From Octopus sinensis (lineage: Eukaryota): a DNA stretch of 64,000 bases. The notes under the pieces are model-generated. The model was not told the DNA's origin and searched no databases. It saw nothing but the letters and a program-made list of their open reading frames with translations. Made by a program: the position numbers and the translations under genes. Positions 1-13,518 of this stretch are shown here, in pieces. The DNA lies in assembly GCF_006345805.1 (NCBI RefSeq), contig NC_043002.1:85746001-85810000 (forward strand), given 5' to 3'. Numbering within the stretch: position 1 is the first letter of the stretch; each line of letters opens with the position of its first letter.

Positions 1-493
1 GACCAATTTGTATGGGTGGAAATGCAGGTCTTCATGCAAATTATCAATGCCAAGTTCAGTGGAATGCCTCCAAGCAGAGCGATTTGGACTCCATTATCAA
101 AGCTTGTTTGACATGTTCCACATTTTCCAGGGTCCGTACCATTTGTGGCACCCCCCACCAGTCTCTTATTCATTAGTGTACCTCATGTACAATGAGCATT
201 CACCCATTGTAAGATTGCATTATGGGTATGGGTAGGAACAGCCTGATTTCGGTGAATGTTGAAGTGATGCTGAAACTCATGCTGAACTGCTGTGACAGAC
301 TCATTATTCTTCGTGTAACTATCGTAGGCAAACATACAATGCTCTATTGTCCACAGTGCCATGGTTTCACCTGAAAAGAAAAAAAATGCTAAGACACCAC
401 CGACAGAATGGTACCTGTCAGATATATGTCCCTCCCACTGGGGCTGAGTAATAGCCATTTCAAAAACGTCTGTCCTTTTTGCCCCAGCCTGTA
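1..493 (-). mobile_element. Tc1/mariner element, 5' part with decayed transposase
   Basis: TA (492-493) followed by terminus CAGGCTGGGGC on the - strand. ATG at 362 gives MALWTIEHCMFAYDSYTKNNESVTAVQHEF..., then with frameshifts RTLENVEHVKQ..SPNRSA.RH..EL..LHEDLHFHPYKL, a mariner-type N-terminal HTH region. Confidence 0.85.
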
Positions 494-498
494 GTTCT

Positions 499-750
499 CA
501 TCATCATCATCATCATCGTCGTTTAGCGTCCGTTTTCCATGCTAGCATGGGTTGGACGGTTCAACTGGGGTCTGGGAAGCCAGAAGGCTGCACCAGGCCC
601 AGTCTGATCTGGCAATGTTTCTACGGCTGGATGCCCTTTCTAATGCCAACCACTCCGTGAGTGTAGTGGGTGCTTTTTACGTGCCAGACAAGGCTGGCAA
701 ACGGTCATGATCGGATGGTGCTTTTTACGTGCCACCAGCACGGAGGCCGT
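499..750 (-). mobile_element. SINE-like family A ((ATG)n tail)
   Basis: (CAT)n-cgtttagcgtccgttttccatgctagcatgggttgg...gatgccc..cc.aa.gccaaccac core, shared with more than 15 copies in the window. Confidence 0.8.
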
Positions 751-1637
751 GGTTGGATCATATTTGCTCTCAGCTCATTCAGTAAGAGCTGCCATGCATT
801 AAACAACAAACTGCAGATATTTTGGTGGAGGAGTGTTGTTAATTTAGCAGACCTAGCCTGCTCCCACCGTACTGAACTGGTGACTATTTTATCAACTTCA
901 AATGGTTGTAACTAAATATCACAAAACATTGAGAATATTGAAATACCATGCTTAGTTGTTTAATGGTTATCATCTCCAAATTCTCAATAATAGTATAATA
1001 AAAACATCTTTTGTCTTTCTATGTCACTACTTCTCATTCCAACTATGGAGTTAAAGCTGTCTGAAATATATAAGTAAACACATAGAAATCTCCAAAGAAC
1101 CTGAGCTTAACTCATTCTTTTCACATGGTCGCAAGTATTCTTGTTTTATCTCCTTGTAGTGACCATTTTCTTCCTTCTTCCAACAAAGTTCTCTTCCTAC
1201 CCAACGTTTCTTGTCTCCTCCCTTCTCTTACAGTCTTCAGTATTAATTCTTCCTTTTCCTTCCACTTACATCCAATCTGTTTATTCACCACTCTCAGCCA
1301 CAATATCTCACTTAGGAAGGAGTAAGTCCAAAACATTGAATTCCTCCTCCTCCCTCCTCCTTCTTCTGCCCTCCTCCTCCTCTTCCCCCTTTTTCCTCAC
1401 ACTCCTCTTTGCTGAAAAATAATTCATTCCACTTCTTGAACTTCCTGTACCCAAAATATTACCTACCATTTTCATCCTTCTCAATAAATCTCTGCTCTTT
1501 ACTCTAACAAGCACCACAACCAATGTGCATATAGCTTCTGTCCCTGCCTGTCTACGCAAATGCTTACATTTATAGCACTCTAAGTATTTAACTGTCTCCC
1601 TTTCTCTCCATGTGTGTGCATGTATTTATATAATGCA

Positions 1638-1654
1638 TAAATATATATATATAT

Positions 1655-1715
<61 letters not shown>

Positions 1716-1824
1716 CATACATATATGCAAATGTATATATATATAAGCATATACACATATACATATATTTTATTTATTTATATATATATATGAAATGTAT
1801 ATATATAAGCATATACACACACAC

Positions 1825-1855
<31 letters not shown>

Positions 1856-1970
1856 ATAATCTATACATATATATATATAATATATATACATATATAATAT
1901 ATATAATATATACGTATATATTATATAATATATACATATATATATAATATATACGTATATATATATATAT

Positions 1971-2032
<62 letters not shown>

Positions 2033-2168
2033 TATAATATATATATATATATAATGTATATAATATATATATATATATATAATATATACATATATATATA
2101 ATATATATATATATAAATATACATATATATATATAATATATATATACATATATATATATACATATATA

Positions 2169-2199
<31 letters not shown>

Positions 2200-2211
2200 T
2201 ATATTATATAT

Positions 2212-2252
<41 letters not shown>

Positions 2253-2253
2253 G

Positions 2254-2284
<31 letters not shown>

Positions 2285-2285
2285 A

Positions 2286-2320
<35 letters not shown>

Positions 2321-2358
2321 TGTGTATATATATATATAATATATATATATCATATATA
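1638..2358. repeat. Long compound (TA)n/(TATACA) microsatellite
   Basis: About 700 bp of almost pure T/A with interspersed C; source of the IYIY ORFs. Confidence 0.97.
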
Positions 2359-2559
2359 TCACTGTCTCTCTCTCTCTCTCTTTCTTTCTGTCTCTCTTGT
2401 TCTCAATACCATCAGTAGTTGCCACATTTAGCTTCCAACAACTGCTAGATTACAAATTGCTATCTACTCAAGCAAGTCCATTCTGGACCAGTGAACACTG
2501 ACAGATTCAGTATTTTGAAGCGTTTCACATGGAAAAAGCAATCATTTTTATATCCTGAG

Positions 2560-2578
2560 TATCTCATATGGACATATA

Positions 2579-2609
<31 letters not shown>

Positions 2610-2663
2610 TGTGTGTGCATGTGTGCGTGTACATCTATCTATCTATATGTATATATATCTATA

Positions 2664-2709
<46 letters not shown>

Positions 2710-2727
2710 GAGAGAGAGAGAGAGATA

Positions 2728-2767
<40 letters not shown>

Positions 2768-2768
2768 G
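2560..2768. repeat. Compound (TG)n/(TA)n/(AG)n microsatellite
   Basis: Directly visible. Confidence 0.95.
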
Positions 2769-2899
2769 GATCGCGTGGGGTGGATTTCATAAAGACATTT
2801 ACACCATAGCAACATTGCATGTATTGCTGTTGTTTGACAGACTCGAGAGAGAAAGGGAGAGAAAGAGAGAGAGAGAGGCTGAATTCTTGATAGGTTACC

Positions 2900-3041
2900 A
2901 AATCATGATTATCATTGTTGTTATCATCAACATCATTATCGTTAGTATGCTGAACATACAATCATCCTTGTTATGAATACCCACATCATCATCATTCTGT
3001 TTATTGTTAGTATCATCGTCAATACCACTTTTCCTCATCAA

Positions 3042-3072
<31 letters not shown>

Positions 3073-3540
3073 TTCATCATCATCTTCATCATCATCATCA
3101 TCATCACCATCATTATCATTGATGCCAGAATCTATTATTATCTATGCCATCATCATCATCATCATCACCATTGTCATGGCTACCATTATCATCAATATCA
3201 TTATCACTGTTATACGATCGTTATTTCAAATGCCATAGTCCTCATCAACACCAACCTCATCAATATCATAAACAACATCAACAAAACCATGATAATCATA
3301 AATACCAGCATATTCATCATTATCATCACTATCATCACCATCATTATCGTCACCATCATCATCACAGCTATCATCAATATTATTGCCAACATCATCGATA
3401 TTTTTTGTGACATTATCGCAAGTCATTATCATCTTTATCATCTGTCACATTCATTAGCATTTTCATCACTGTCCCTATCACTCTCATAATCCTCTTCATC
3501 ACTGTCATCATCATCTTCATCACTATTATGTTTCCACCAT
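2900..3540. repeat. Degenerate (CAT)n trinucleotide array
   Basis: Directly visible; source of the poly-I/H/S/M ORFs. Confidence 0.93.
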
Positions 3541-3575
3541 CACCCTTATCGGTGACACAATCTTTATTAATATTG

Positions 3576-3612
<37 letters not shown>

Positions 3613-3691
3613 TGGCCACAAACTTTGTCACTGGGTCTGATACCATCAACATCACCACTACCATCATCATCATCAACTTTGTTAACATATT

Positions 3692-4070
3692 GGTGCACAA
3701 ATGGCCATGTGGTAAGAAGCTTGCTTCCCAACCACATGGATCTGGGTTCAATCCCACTGCGTGGCATCTTGGGAAAGTCTCTTCTACTATAACCTCAGGC
3801 CGATCAAAGCCTTGTGAGTGGATTTGATAGACAGAAACTGAAAGAAACCCGTCATATATGTGTGTGTGTGCTTGTGTTTGTGTGTCTGTGGTTGTCCTCC
3901 CACCATTGCTTGGTGTGTTTACGTCTCTGTAACTCAGCAATTCAGCAAAAAAATACCGATAAAATAAGTACTAGGCTTACAAAAAATAAGTCCTGGGGTT
4001 GATTTGTTCGACTAAAGGTGGTATTCCAGCATGGCCGCTGTCAAATGACTGAAACAAGTAAAAGAATAAA
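3692..4070 (+). mobile_element. tRNA-derived SINE family B (CORE-like domain, internal TA/TG microsatellite)
   Basis: tRNA-like head (gggttcaatcc B box), gtggca.cttggg.aagtgtcttc CORE-like segment, tail gactgaaacaagtaaaaga. Confidence 0.8.
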
Positions 4071-6055
4071 AAAAATACTGCTGGTAATGAAAATGATAGG
4101 ATGATGGTGATGATGGTTAACATCATCATCATTATCATTATCATCATCATCATTATCATCATCATCATTATCATTTTGAGATCTATATTAATTCCTTTAG
4201 TGAATTACTTTTCGTTAGTACTCTGTGTGATGATGTTGATAATAATGATGATGATGCTGATGATAACCATCATCACCATCATCATATTGCTTTTGGCTAG
4301 TATTCTGTGTGTGTGTGTGGATAGATAGATAGATACATATCATGCTCTCTCTCTCTCTCTCTCATTCACTTTTCTGTCTTTTATAATTAATTTTTACTAC
4401 TTCATTATTCCCAGTTTTCTTAGTATGGCACCATTAAATACTATTAAGTATTAACTCGGCCTGCAACTGTTACACCTATTAATTGCTGTAAATCATCACC
4501 ATTTGTTTCTATACTGATTTATTCTCTTCCCTGCTAAGTCTGTGGCACCATATGTTTTCCTATGCATTTGAAGAAACCAATGATTCATTTCACCCATTTA
4601 CCAATTCTTAGACTTTCGAAAATATTATTTATTTTAATTTTCATCAATATATGATCCTTTTGATAATCGCAGAACAGTTTTGAAAAATCAATTGTATTGT
4701 TTATATCATCATCATCATCATCATCATCGTTTAATGTCCGCTTTCCATGCTGGCATGGGTTGGATGATTTGACTGAGGACTGGCGAACCAGATGGCTGCA
4801 CCAGGCTCCAATCTGATCTAATTTTATTTATTTTAAATTATATATTCATAATGGCATCTTGGCAGAGTCATTAGAGTTTTGGATAGAAAGCTGCCTGTAT
4901 TTGTTCTGATGTTCTACACTCTGAGTTCAAATCCTGTAATATTCAGTTTTGCCTTTCATTATTTCAAAGTAAATAAAATATTACCAATTCAGTTACTCGT
5001 TTTCATTTATTCCTGTCCTTTTCCTGTTTTTCAACCTCAAAAGTGCTGGTTTCAGGAAAAAAGCCCCCCAATACACTCTGTAAAGTGGTTGGCAATAGAA
5101 AGGGCATCCAACCATAGAAACTATGCCAAAGCTGACACTGTAGCTCATCACAGCCTTGTGGCTCATCAGATCCTGTAGATCAGTCCAACCCATGCCATCA
5201 TGGAAAGTGGACATTAAGCAATGATGATAACAATGATGAGTGATGGATCGGCAGAACTGCTCAAGTTTCAGTGAGAATGCCTTGCAAACATAGATTTTGG
5301 TTCTTTGTAGTCTGTAAACAATACCTGTGACAATACTGGTATGAGGCTGTACCAACCCAAGTCAGCAGTCTTTCCCTCAGATAAATATTGGTTTCAAATT
5401 TTGGCACAAGGCCAGCAATTTCGGGGAGCAGGTATGTTGATAACATCACCCGTTCCCACCCTGGTACTTATTTTATCAACCCTGAAAGGATGAAAGACAA
5501 ATTCAGCCTCAGCAAATTTGAACTCATAATGTAAAGACCGATGAAATGTCACTAAAAATTCTGCCAGCTCATTGCCTTGCCCTCAGATAAATATTGATAT
5601 CATGGATAGGAAAAACTTGCCTGTATGGACAGTTGCTGGTCTTCCTCAAAACCATCTTGCCTAGACCTACTTATACATATGCAAATACATGGTCCACATT
5701 GACCAATGAATGAAAGTCAAGATTATGTGTAACCCAATGCTTGCTCCATTCTATGAATTTCATTAGTGGTTTGAGAATTCTAACATAAATGAATAAAAAG
5801 TGATACATGCAGCTCTCTTCATTAGCAGTCTATCCATTTCCTTTGATACTGCATTTATAGATTCTATCTGATCTAAATTCTATTAGCAAACTATTAGGTG
5901 ACGGCATTGTAATGTAGATACAGAGTTTGCTCCATAATTACGTGGTTTTGAGTTCTTTGCTGCTATAACACCTTGGTCAAATATTTTCCACTATGGCCCC
6001 ATGTTGACCAGTGCTTTGTAACATAAACTTGTAGCAACTATATGAAAGCCTGGTG

Positions 6056-6062
<7 letters not shown>

Positions 6063-6086
<24 letters not shown>

Positions 6087-6509
6087 TGGAAAGGTTAAGT
6101 GATTTCGCATGAGTAAATTTACATTAAAAAAACAAAAAGAAAATTCATTAAGAACTTCATCATGCACAAAAGAAAGAAAATATGATCTGGTTTTGATCAA
6201 TTTTATGATGATTTCATTGTGCTGTAAGAGAAGGGAAAATAAATTGCAATGCATTAATTTAATCTTTGTCAGTTTTGGAAGTTCACGTGTTTTTCACATG
6301 GTGCTGGTAGTCAGTCTCCTTCTGATGGCTGCTGAGTCATTGTAGTAGTAGTAGTAGTAGTAGTAGTAGCAGTAGCAGCTGCAGCAGTAGTAGTATGGAC
6401 AGACGGACAGACAATAATCTAAAACCTGAAAGAGACAGGCTTCTGTTAGAGGCTGCGAAACTTTAAGCTGCATACAGCCAGGTCAGAACTATTTTGAATA
6501 ATGTATATA

Positions 6510-6542
<33 letters not shown>

Positions 6543-6990
6543 TGGAAAGGTTAAGTGATTTCGCATGAGTAAATTTACATTAAAAAAACAAAAAGAAAAT
6601 TCATTAAGAACTTCATCATGCACAAAAGAAAGAAAATATGATCTGGTTTTGATCAATTTTATGATGATTTCATTGTGCTGTAAGAGAAGGGAAAATAAAT
6701 TGCAATGCATTAATTTAATCTTTGTCAGTTTTGGAAGTTCACGTGTTTTTCACATGGTGCTGGTAGTCAGTCTCCTTCTGATGGCTGCTGAGTCATTGTA
6801 GTAGTAGTAGTAGTAGTAGTAGCAGTAGCAGCTGCAGCAGTAGTAGTATGGACAGACGGACAGACAATAATCTAAAACCTGAAAGAGACAGGCTTCTGTT
6901 AGAGGCCTGCGAAACTTTAAGCTGCATACAGCCAGGTCAGAACTATTTTGAATAATGTATATATGTGTTTGTGTGTGTGTGTGTGTGTGT

Positions 6991-6992
<2 letters not shown>
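6063..6992. repeat. Near-perfect tandem duplication of a ~456-bp unique segment bounded by (TG)n tracts
   Basis: 6086-6541 is repeated at 6542-6992. I saw only one TAG unit fewer, one extra C and a different (TG)n length in copy 2. Confidence 0.95.
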
Positions 6993-7044
<52 letters not shown>

Positions 7045-7586
7045 TTATAGATATACATACAGGCATGCATGCTCATAATTATTTCTAATTAGATTATTAA
7101 TAATATTCCCTACATTAAATACCTTGGCACTAATTGTACACAGTTCATTCATTTGTTTGTATTCATGTTTCCATGGCACAGTATTATTTGTTCAGATGCA
7201 CTTCCTGTTGCCAAACTCCCAATTGATTTAGAAAGGATTTTTTTTTTATGCTATTGGTTACCACTAGTTGGAAGTACAGAGCCACAGGATGTGTTGCTTA
7301 TAGGGGGTGTAAACAACGCAATCACATTTTGCTTAATTTGAAAATAGGGAAAATAGACAGCTTCTGACAATGCAGAAAGTTCAGTAAAACCTATATTTTG
7401 AGCTCAGAGCCCCATCTTCAGAAGAACAGAATAGTCTTAGAAAAGTCCAGTTATGTAGGATTCAATATTACAATGATTCAAGTGACCCACAATGCTCTTA
7501 TTTTGATTGTTTTATTTCATGTTAAGAGAATTAACGATGTAAACATTTATGCCCATGTATACTTGTGTTTGTATGTGTTCATGTAG

Positions 7587-7845
7587 ATCATCATCGTTTA
7601 ACGTCCGTTTTCCATGCTAGCACGGGTTGGACAGTTTGACCGGGGTCTGGGAAGCCAGGAGGCTGCACCAGGCTCCAGTCTGATCTGGCAGTGTTTCTAC
7701 AGCTGGATGTCCTTCCTAACGCCAACCACTCCGAGAGTGTAATGGGTGCTTTTTATGTGCCACCAGCACAGGTGCTGGGGGTGGGGCTGGCAGCGGCCAC
7801 GATCGGTTGGTGCTTTTTACATGCCACCAGCACAGAAGCCAGTCA
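7587..7845 (-). mobile_element. SINE-like family A
   Basis: Same core as 499-750. Confidence 0.8.
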
Positions 7846-9009
7846 TATGTATATACATACACACATCTGTCCATCTATATATGTGTAGGCTGAGAGTGTT
7901 TACATCATGAGAATTTAGAAACTTTAAGGGATATAAAATCAATTGTTTTTAATGGTGGAACACAAAGTAGGTATAGCTATAAATAACAAAGTGCACAATA
8001 TTAGGTTCAAAAAAGAAACTCTTGGATGAAAAAAAATATCTATAGGATTTGAACACACATCTGTAAATATGAGACATCCCTCCATTATATCAAAGCAGTC
8101 CTTCAAATATTCTCCATCCAATTTTGAAGCTTTGTTCTTACCGACAAGGACTGTATGTTGTTTAATGTTGTTCATATCATAAGAATTTCGAAAGTCCAAG
8201 AGATATGATACAAATTTTCTATCATGTTTACAGAAGATATGGATTTGGACAACATTATCTAGTGTTTCTATTAAGATTTTTTTTAGATGGTAGAATATTT
8301 TTGGAGGATTATTTGGTTGCTATTTCTAGCTGATTAACTGCCTACATAGGCAGTAAGAAGGGAGAATTAATTGTTAATGAATGAGAAACTGTAGGAATCC
8401 ATTTGTTCTGAAAAAATAACGAAGCTTTAATTTTACAAATGCATAAATATGCACGCTATCGCACTAAACAACATTAATTAAAATGTATTTATTAATTAGC
8501 CTGATAATTATAACGATTTTGAATGCCACAACACCAAAAATCCTGCAGAGTATATATATATTGTATTAAATTTAATGAAGCTTCTTATTTTAATGAGAAA
8601 ATTGTTTTGCCTAGATTCATCATCATCAGTTAACATCTTCTTTTCCACCCTGGCAAGAGTTGGATGGAATTCCTTGAGGCAAATTTCTATGGTCCAGTAC
8701 CCTTTTTGTCACCAACCCTTAGCTATTTGTTAGCAGGATAATATTCCCCATCACCAGAAATGATCTTCACAGAAGACTAGAGATGAACAGTATTGCTTGT
8801 ATGGTAGTGATGCTCATTTACAAATATCACATGGTGTCAAGACAAGGGTACATACAAATGCATGCATCTATATATACATGTATATGTATGTGTATATGTA
8901 TAAATGTATAGCTATATGTGTGTATATATAATAACAATTTAATAAATAAAACATATGCATACATACATATATGTACATACCTACATCTATATGTATATAT
9001 ACATGCATA

Positions 9010-9290
9010 CATGGGTACAGGACACCACAAAAAAACATAGAACACAACGAGAAATGAAAACATAAAAACAAAACAAGGAAATGGACTTTTTTTTAACAAC
9101 GTAAAAACAGAGTACGAGACATACAACGCAAGGAACATTCCCCTTCTTCAGCTGCCCCTGTTTCGACTCAATGTATGTTTCGAAGGTAAGGGCAGAAGAC
9201 GACTACATTGAAACAGTCCTTCCTGCAAAGCAAAGTGAATAAAATTTTTTTTTTCAACATAGTCGTGTTCTGCCCTTACCTTCGAAACAC
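9010..9290. mobile_element. Possible Penelope-like fragment ending in a 37-bp inverted repeat
   Basis: Arms 9177-9213 and 9252-9288; CTGAAGAAGGGG on the - strand; abuts a 5'-truncated family A copy (9290-9418, +). Confidence 0.35.
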
Positions 9291-10253
9291 GCAGCTGTAG
9301 AAACTTTGCTTGATCAAGATTGAAGCCTAGTGCAACCATCTGGTTTGCCAGCCCTCAGTCATTTGTCCAACCCATGCTAGCATGGAAAGCAGACGTTAAA
9401 CGATGATGATAATGATGAAAGACAGAAGATGGAATATATGAGAATATTTATTGTTAATCACAACAATTGTTTTGACACATCTAGCATAAATTCCTCTTTT
9501 GTGGGACACTCAACAACTGGTTCAGGAGCATCCAGTGGTGCAGATGTATCTTGTCAGGTGATAAATAAATATAACTTGTTAAAATGACTGTTCTGCAACG
9601 TAACTTTCCATTTTGTAGAGAGAAAAGTAGCCAAACAGAGGAAATATCTTCATTTATATAGCTCAAAAATAAAATCAGAGATTGCAAAAAGAGAAACTAA
9701 CATGCAATCCAGCAAAAAAAGTAAGAAGCCTGTGTGTGTATATATATATACACACACAGGTTTCTTACATTTTTCCATCTACCAAATCTATCCTCAAAGC
9801 TTTGGTTAGCAGAAGGCACTTGCTTCATGTAGGATTTAATCTGAGACCACATAGTTAGGAAGTAAGCTTCTTAACTACACTGCAATATCTACATAGAATT
9901 TGTGAAATTCCAAAAGAGATTGACTATTAAATTTCTATTTCAAATTCTTATCAGACTATGAAGAAATACTCCAGTTCCAAATAATGAAGAATTTTCTCTG
10001 GCATTTTATCGAAAAGAATTTTGGATATTCAGAGTTTGAGATTTGAATTTGTAAATCTCAAAAATTGATGAAAAAAATTTGAAACAATCCGGCATTTATT
10101 CTGGAATCTGTTCTTTCAAGCTTTGAAATATATTTCAGATAGTTTATACATACATGAATGTGTAAATATATACATACATGGATGCATGCATTCATGCTTG
10201 CTTACATACATACATACATACATACATACACATACTCACACACATACATACAT

Positions 10254-10292
<39 letters not shown>

Positions 10293-10699
10293 CGTACACA
10301 CACTCATACATATTGTACCTATCATCAAAGATGCATTAGCTTATGTACTAACAAAAACCTAGAAATACTCAGTTTCACAAAAATAGAGCAAAAGAAACTG
10401 ACAAGGATTCTCCAAATGAAATCTATTAGTGGCACAGTTAAGATTTGTTATTCATTCCAAAAATTCTCTGAGATTCTTACGTGAATAGATGCTCACACTC
10501 AGGTGTATGCATCAACAATTCAACCAACACACCTATTTAACCACATGTCAGCCAATAAACTTTATAATGGTACAATAGTAATTCACCATTTTCCACTACA
10601 ACATTTTTCAAAGTTTCTTTAAATTTTCTTACTTTTTTCATGAAGTTAATACATTTAGTTCCCACTTTCATCATATTCCTCACTCTTAAAGAATGTACA

Positions 10700-11053
10700 T
10701 ATAAATTCCAGTGGTCATCCTTTGATGTGGTTGAACAACCAATCCCAACCAGTCAGGATTCATAGTAATGAATAACCATGAGATTGCACCTAGGAAGTTC
10801 CCCTCCAAGACATAAGTCCAGGCAAGGTTGCTTATAGAACACCAACAGTCACCCATGCATACCAGTCTCCCCTTTCCACCCCACCAATCTTATTCAAGAG
10901 AAAAGCTTGGCACCAGTAATGTTGCAACTCATTTCTACAGCTGAGTGACCTGGAGTAATGTGAAAATAAAATGTCTTGCTCAAGAACAGAACACACAACC
11001 AAGTCTAGGAATCGAACTCACTACCTCATGATTGTGAACCCTATTCTGTAACC
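10700..11053 (-). mobile_element. tRNA-derived SINE family E (CORE-like ttcttgagcaagaca)
   Basis: The - strand head carries gagttcgattcc (B box) followed by ttcttgagcaagacat. Related pieces at about 11190-11330, 36050-36185, 60480-60640 and 61225-61480. Confidence 0.65.
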
Positions 11054-11479
11054 AGTGACCACGAAATTCACAATACAGGTTGTACTATTCATCTTTACAG
11101 TTACTGAATATGACATGGAGCTCATGAGGCCTCAATTCATGTGATTTTCCTGAGTAATTATCTCATTCTTGTATGCCAATCCCTCTCAAGGTTATCCATT
11201 TATAGCTGAGTGGACGATAGCAACATGAAGCATTTTACTCAAGAACAAAACGCACGGCCAGTTTGGGAATCAAAACCATGATCTCACAATCATGCGTGCA
11301 ACACCCTAACCACTAAGCCACAAGCCTTCACACATTATTGGGTGGCTTTTGACTCTCTCAAGTTCTTCTACCCTTTGATGGATTTTGTTTTTCATCCTGC
11401 AGGATGTCCAATAAATCTGGCAGTGGTTAAGACGGTGATACACTATTAAGGTATTAGATTCAAGCTGATTGTTCTCTTA

Positions 11480-12141
11480 TTTTTCTTGATTAAATCAATG
11501 AGTCCACTTTGATATTCCACCATTCATGGCAAACTAAGTTTATTGTAGAATAAATTGAAATTACTTATTATTGATTTCACCTCAAGAAAAAGATTGCTTT
11601 TGATAGTCCTACGCATTGATTTTAAAGCAAGCAGATCTTGTGTCATAAAGTTTACTGTTATGCCATTTTAAAATACAAGCAACTGTGCTGTATTTTCAGT
11701 ATTTGTTGTCTCATCCATTGAATAAAACACAAATTATGATATTGCTTGTTTCAAGGATACTTGGATATCATTAGCCATGTCTTTTGTATGGTCAGAAACT
11801 GTCCTCCGTGATAAACTAATATTCTCAAACAATCTCACAGCTTCTTGAGTTAAAGTTCATGCAACAGCAACTATAGACTCTTCAACAAACTCACCTTCCA
11901 TGTGCATTTCCACTTACTTTGCAAATATCTCACACACTTCAAAACTTGCTTGCATTACAGAAGTATTTTCATTGATATATCTTCAGAAAATAAATTACTG
12001 TTTGTATAAAGAATCTTGTAAAATGCAACCTTATCTGAATGCAGAGTCTCTTTCAGTTTTTCATATTCCTAATGCTTGGGCAAATATTGTTTCTGAAGAC
12101 TACTTCTTATAAACTGAAACTGCATCATTACAAATATCACA
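11480..12141 (-). pseudogene. Decayed hAT transposase, GTF2IRD2/EPM2AIP1/SPIN-like; invisible in the ORF track
   Basis: Hand translation with stops and frameshifts: CDICNDAVSVYKK..LQKQYLPKH ... QASFEVCEIFAK*..EGEFVEES ... LFENISLSRRTVSDHTKDMANDIQVSLKQ...FYSMDETTNTENTAQLLVF*NG...QDLLALKSM. Confidence 0.88.
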
Positions 12142-12424
12142 CACACACACACACACTTTCCCTTTTCTTCTACCAGCAAGTAGTTATATGGCTATTTGTC
12201 ATCAAACAAAGAACTTTCACAAAGCAAGTGTCTTTCTTTTCTTAACTGTGACCATTGTAGAATGGAATTACTACTTTTATGGGGTTACAGAATTCTACAT
12301 TTCCTATTTGTATAGTATCATTATTGAAGTATATTTTCATAATAAATATCTTAAGTGTTATATTCTGAAAATGGTACAAGTGATACTGTTAACTGTCTTC
12401 TCAACTATAAAATATATATATATA

Positions 12425-12723
12425 GATCACCGTGACCAACTAGGCTATCAGATGTTGCTACACATCGCTGGTCACAATACGCTTCACATTGTTTTAGCCT
12501 TCAAATGACGCCACCCCACTGGCTAAGCGAGCAGGCCAAGAGAAGAAAGAATGAGAGAAATTATGGCGAAAGAGTACAGCAGGGATTGCCACCACCCCCT
12601 GCCAGAGCCTCATGGAGCTTTAGGTGTTTTCACTCAATAAACACTCATAACGCCCGGTCTGGGATTCGAAACTGCGATCCTATGACTGTGAGTCGGCTGC
12701 CCCAGCCACTGGGCCATTGCGCC
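12425..12723 (-). mobile_element. tRNA-derived SINE family D, apparently full length
   Basis: - strand head GGCGCAATGGCCCAGTGG (A box) ... GTTTCGAATCC (B box); ends in (TA)n. Confidence 0.75.
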
Positions 12724-12725
12724 GT

Positions 12726-13078
12726 CTACCAACCACATGATTCCGGGTTCAGTCCCACTGCGTGGCACCTTGGGTAAGTGTCTTCTACTATAGCCTCGGG
12801 CCGACCAAAGCCTTGTGAGTGGATTTGGTAGACGGAAACTGGAAGAAGCCCATCGTATATATATATGTATATATGTGTATGTGTATGTATATGTTTGTGT
12901 GTCTGCGTTTGTCACCCCAACATCACTTGACAACCGATGCTGGTGTGTTTACATCCCCGTAACTTAACGGTTCAGCAAAAGAGACCAATAGAATAAGTAC
13001 TAGTCAATTTGCTCGACTAAAGGCGGTGCTCCAGCATGGCCACAGTCACATGACTGAAACAAGTAAAAAAAATAAGTA
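12726..13078 (+). mobile_element. SINE family B, 5'-truncated
   Basis: CORE-like segment and tail as in the other B copies. Confidence 0.82.
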
Positions 13079-13186
13079 AAAAATATATACATACACACAC
13101 ACACGTATGATGATGATGATGTTGATGATATATATATTTATGAAATAGAGGTAAGAAAAGAATAAATGATTATCTTATGAATTTTA

Positions 13187-13348
13187 TTAGCTTCCAGCTG
13201 TTTCTGCTATAAAATGCAGTGAACTCATAGCTGAGTGCTTGAGTGCCCTTATAGCTTCATCGAAGCTTTGATTATAAGCTATAAGGTGTTACTCGGACAC
13301 TCAGCTATGAGTCTACTGCATCGTATTGCAGAAACACCTGAACGCTAA
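13187..13348. repeat. Palindromic MITE-like element (~70-bp arms)
   Basis: Left cagctgtttctgctataaaatgcagtgaactcatagctgagtg...cttatagctt pairs with right aagctataagg...cactcagctatgagtctactgcatcgtattgcagaaacacctg. Confidence 0.8.
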
Positions 13349-13480
13349 CGAAGTTAATAAGATGATCGTTTATTCCTTTGTCAATTTTCTTTCTCACTTT
13401 GTTCTGAAACAAGCATATTTTGAGTTCTACAGTGGGTTTTTTTTTTTTTGTCTCACAATGGCTAAGCAAAATACATACAT

Positions 13481-13515
<35 letters not shown>

Positions 13516-13518
<3 letters not shown>

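Noticed and set aside
1100-1560. Purine-rich - strand ORFs suggesting a LINE or gene fragment
   Set aside because: No identifiable motif; low complexity explains the open frames. The same applies to 40702-41223, 22240-22660 and 51505-51714.
1770-3489. Long IYIY, poly-I/M/H ORFs here and at 18.5, 28.4, 29.6, 34.5-35.5 and 54.5 kb
   Set aside because: They are translations of (TA)n, (CAT)n and (ATT)n microsatellites, with no splice context or domain.
6380-8292. Candidate 5' UTR exons (CAG|gtcaga at 6480/6481; tttacag...GATG|gtagaa at about 8234-8289)
   Set aside because: Splice-like motifs alone are not enough; transcript data are needed. No promoter is called.
7939-8330. About 130-codon stop-free frame on the - strand (DFRNSYDMNNIKQH...)
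   Set aside because: No recognisable motif, the 5' end runs into a common repeat, and there are no convincing splice sites. A BLASTx would settle it.
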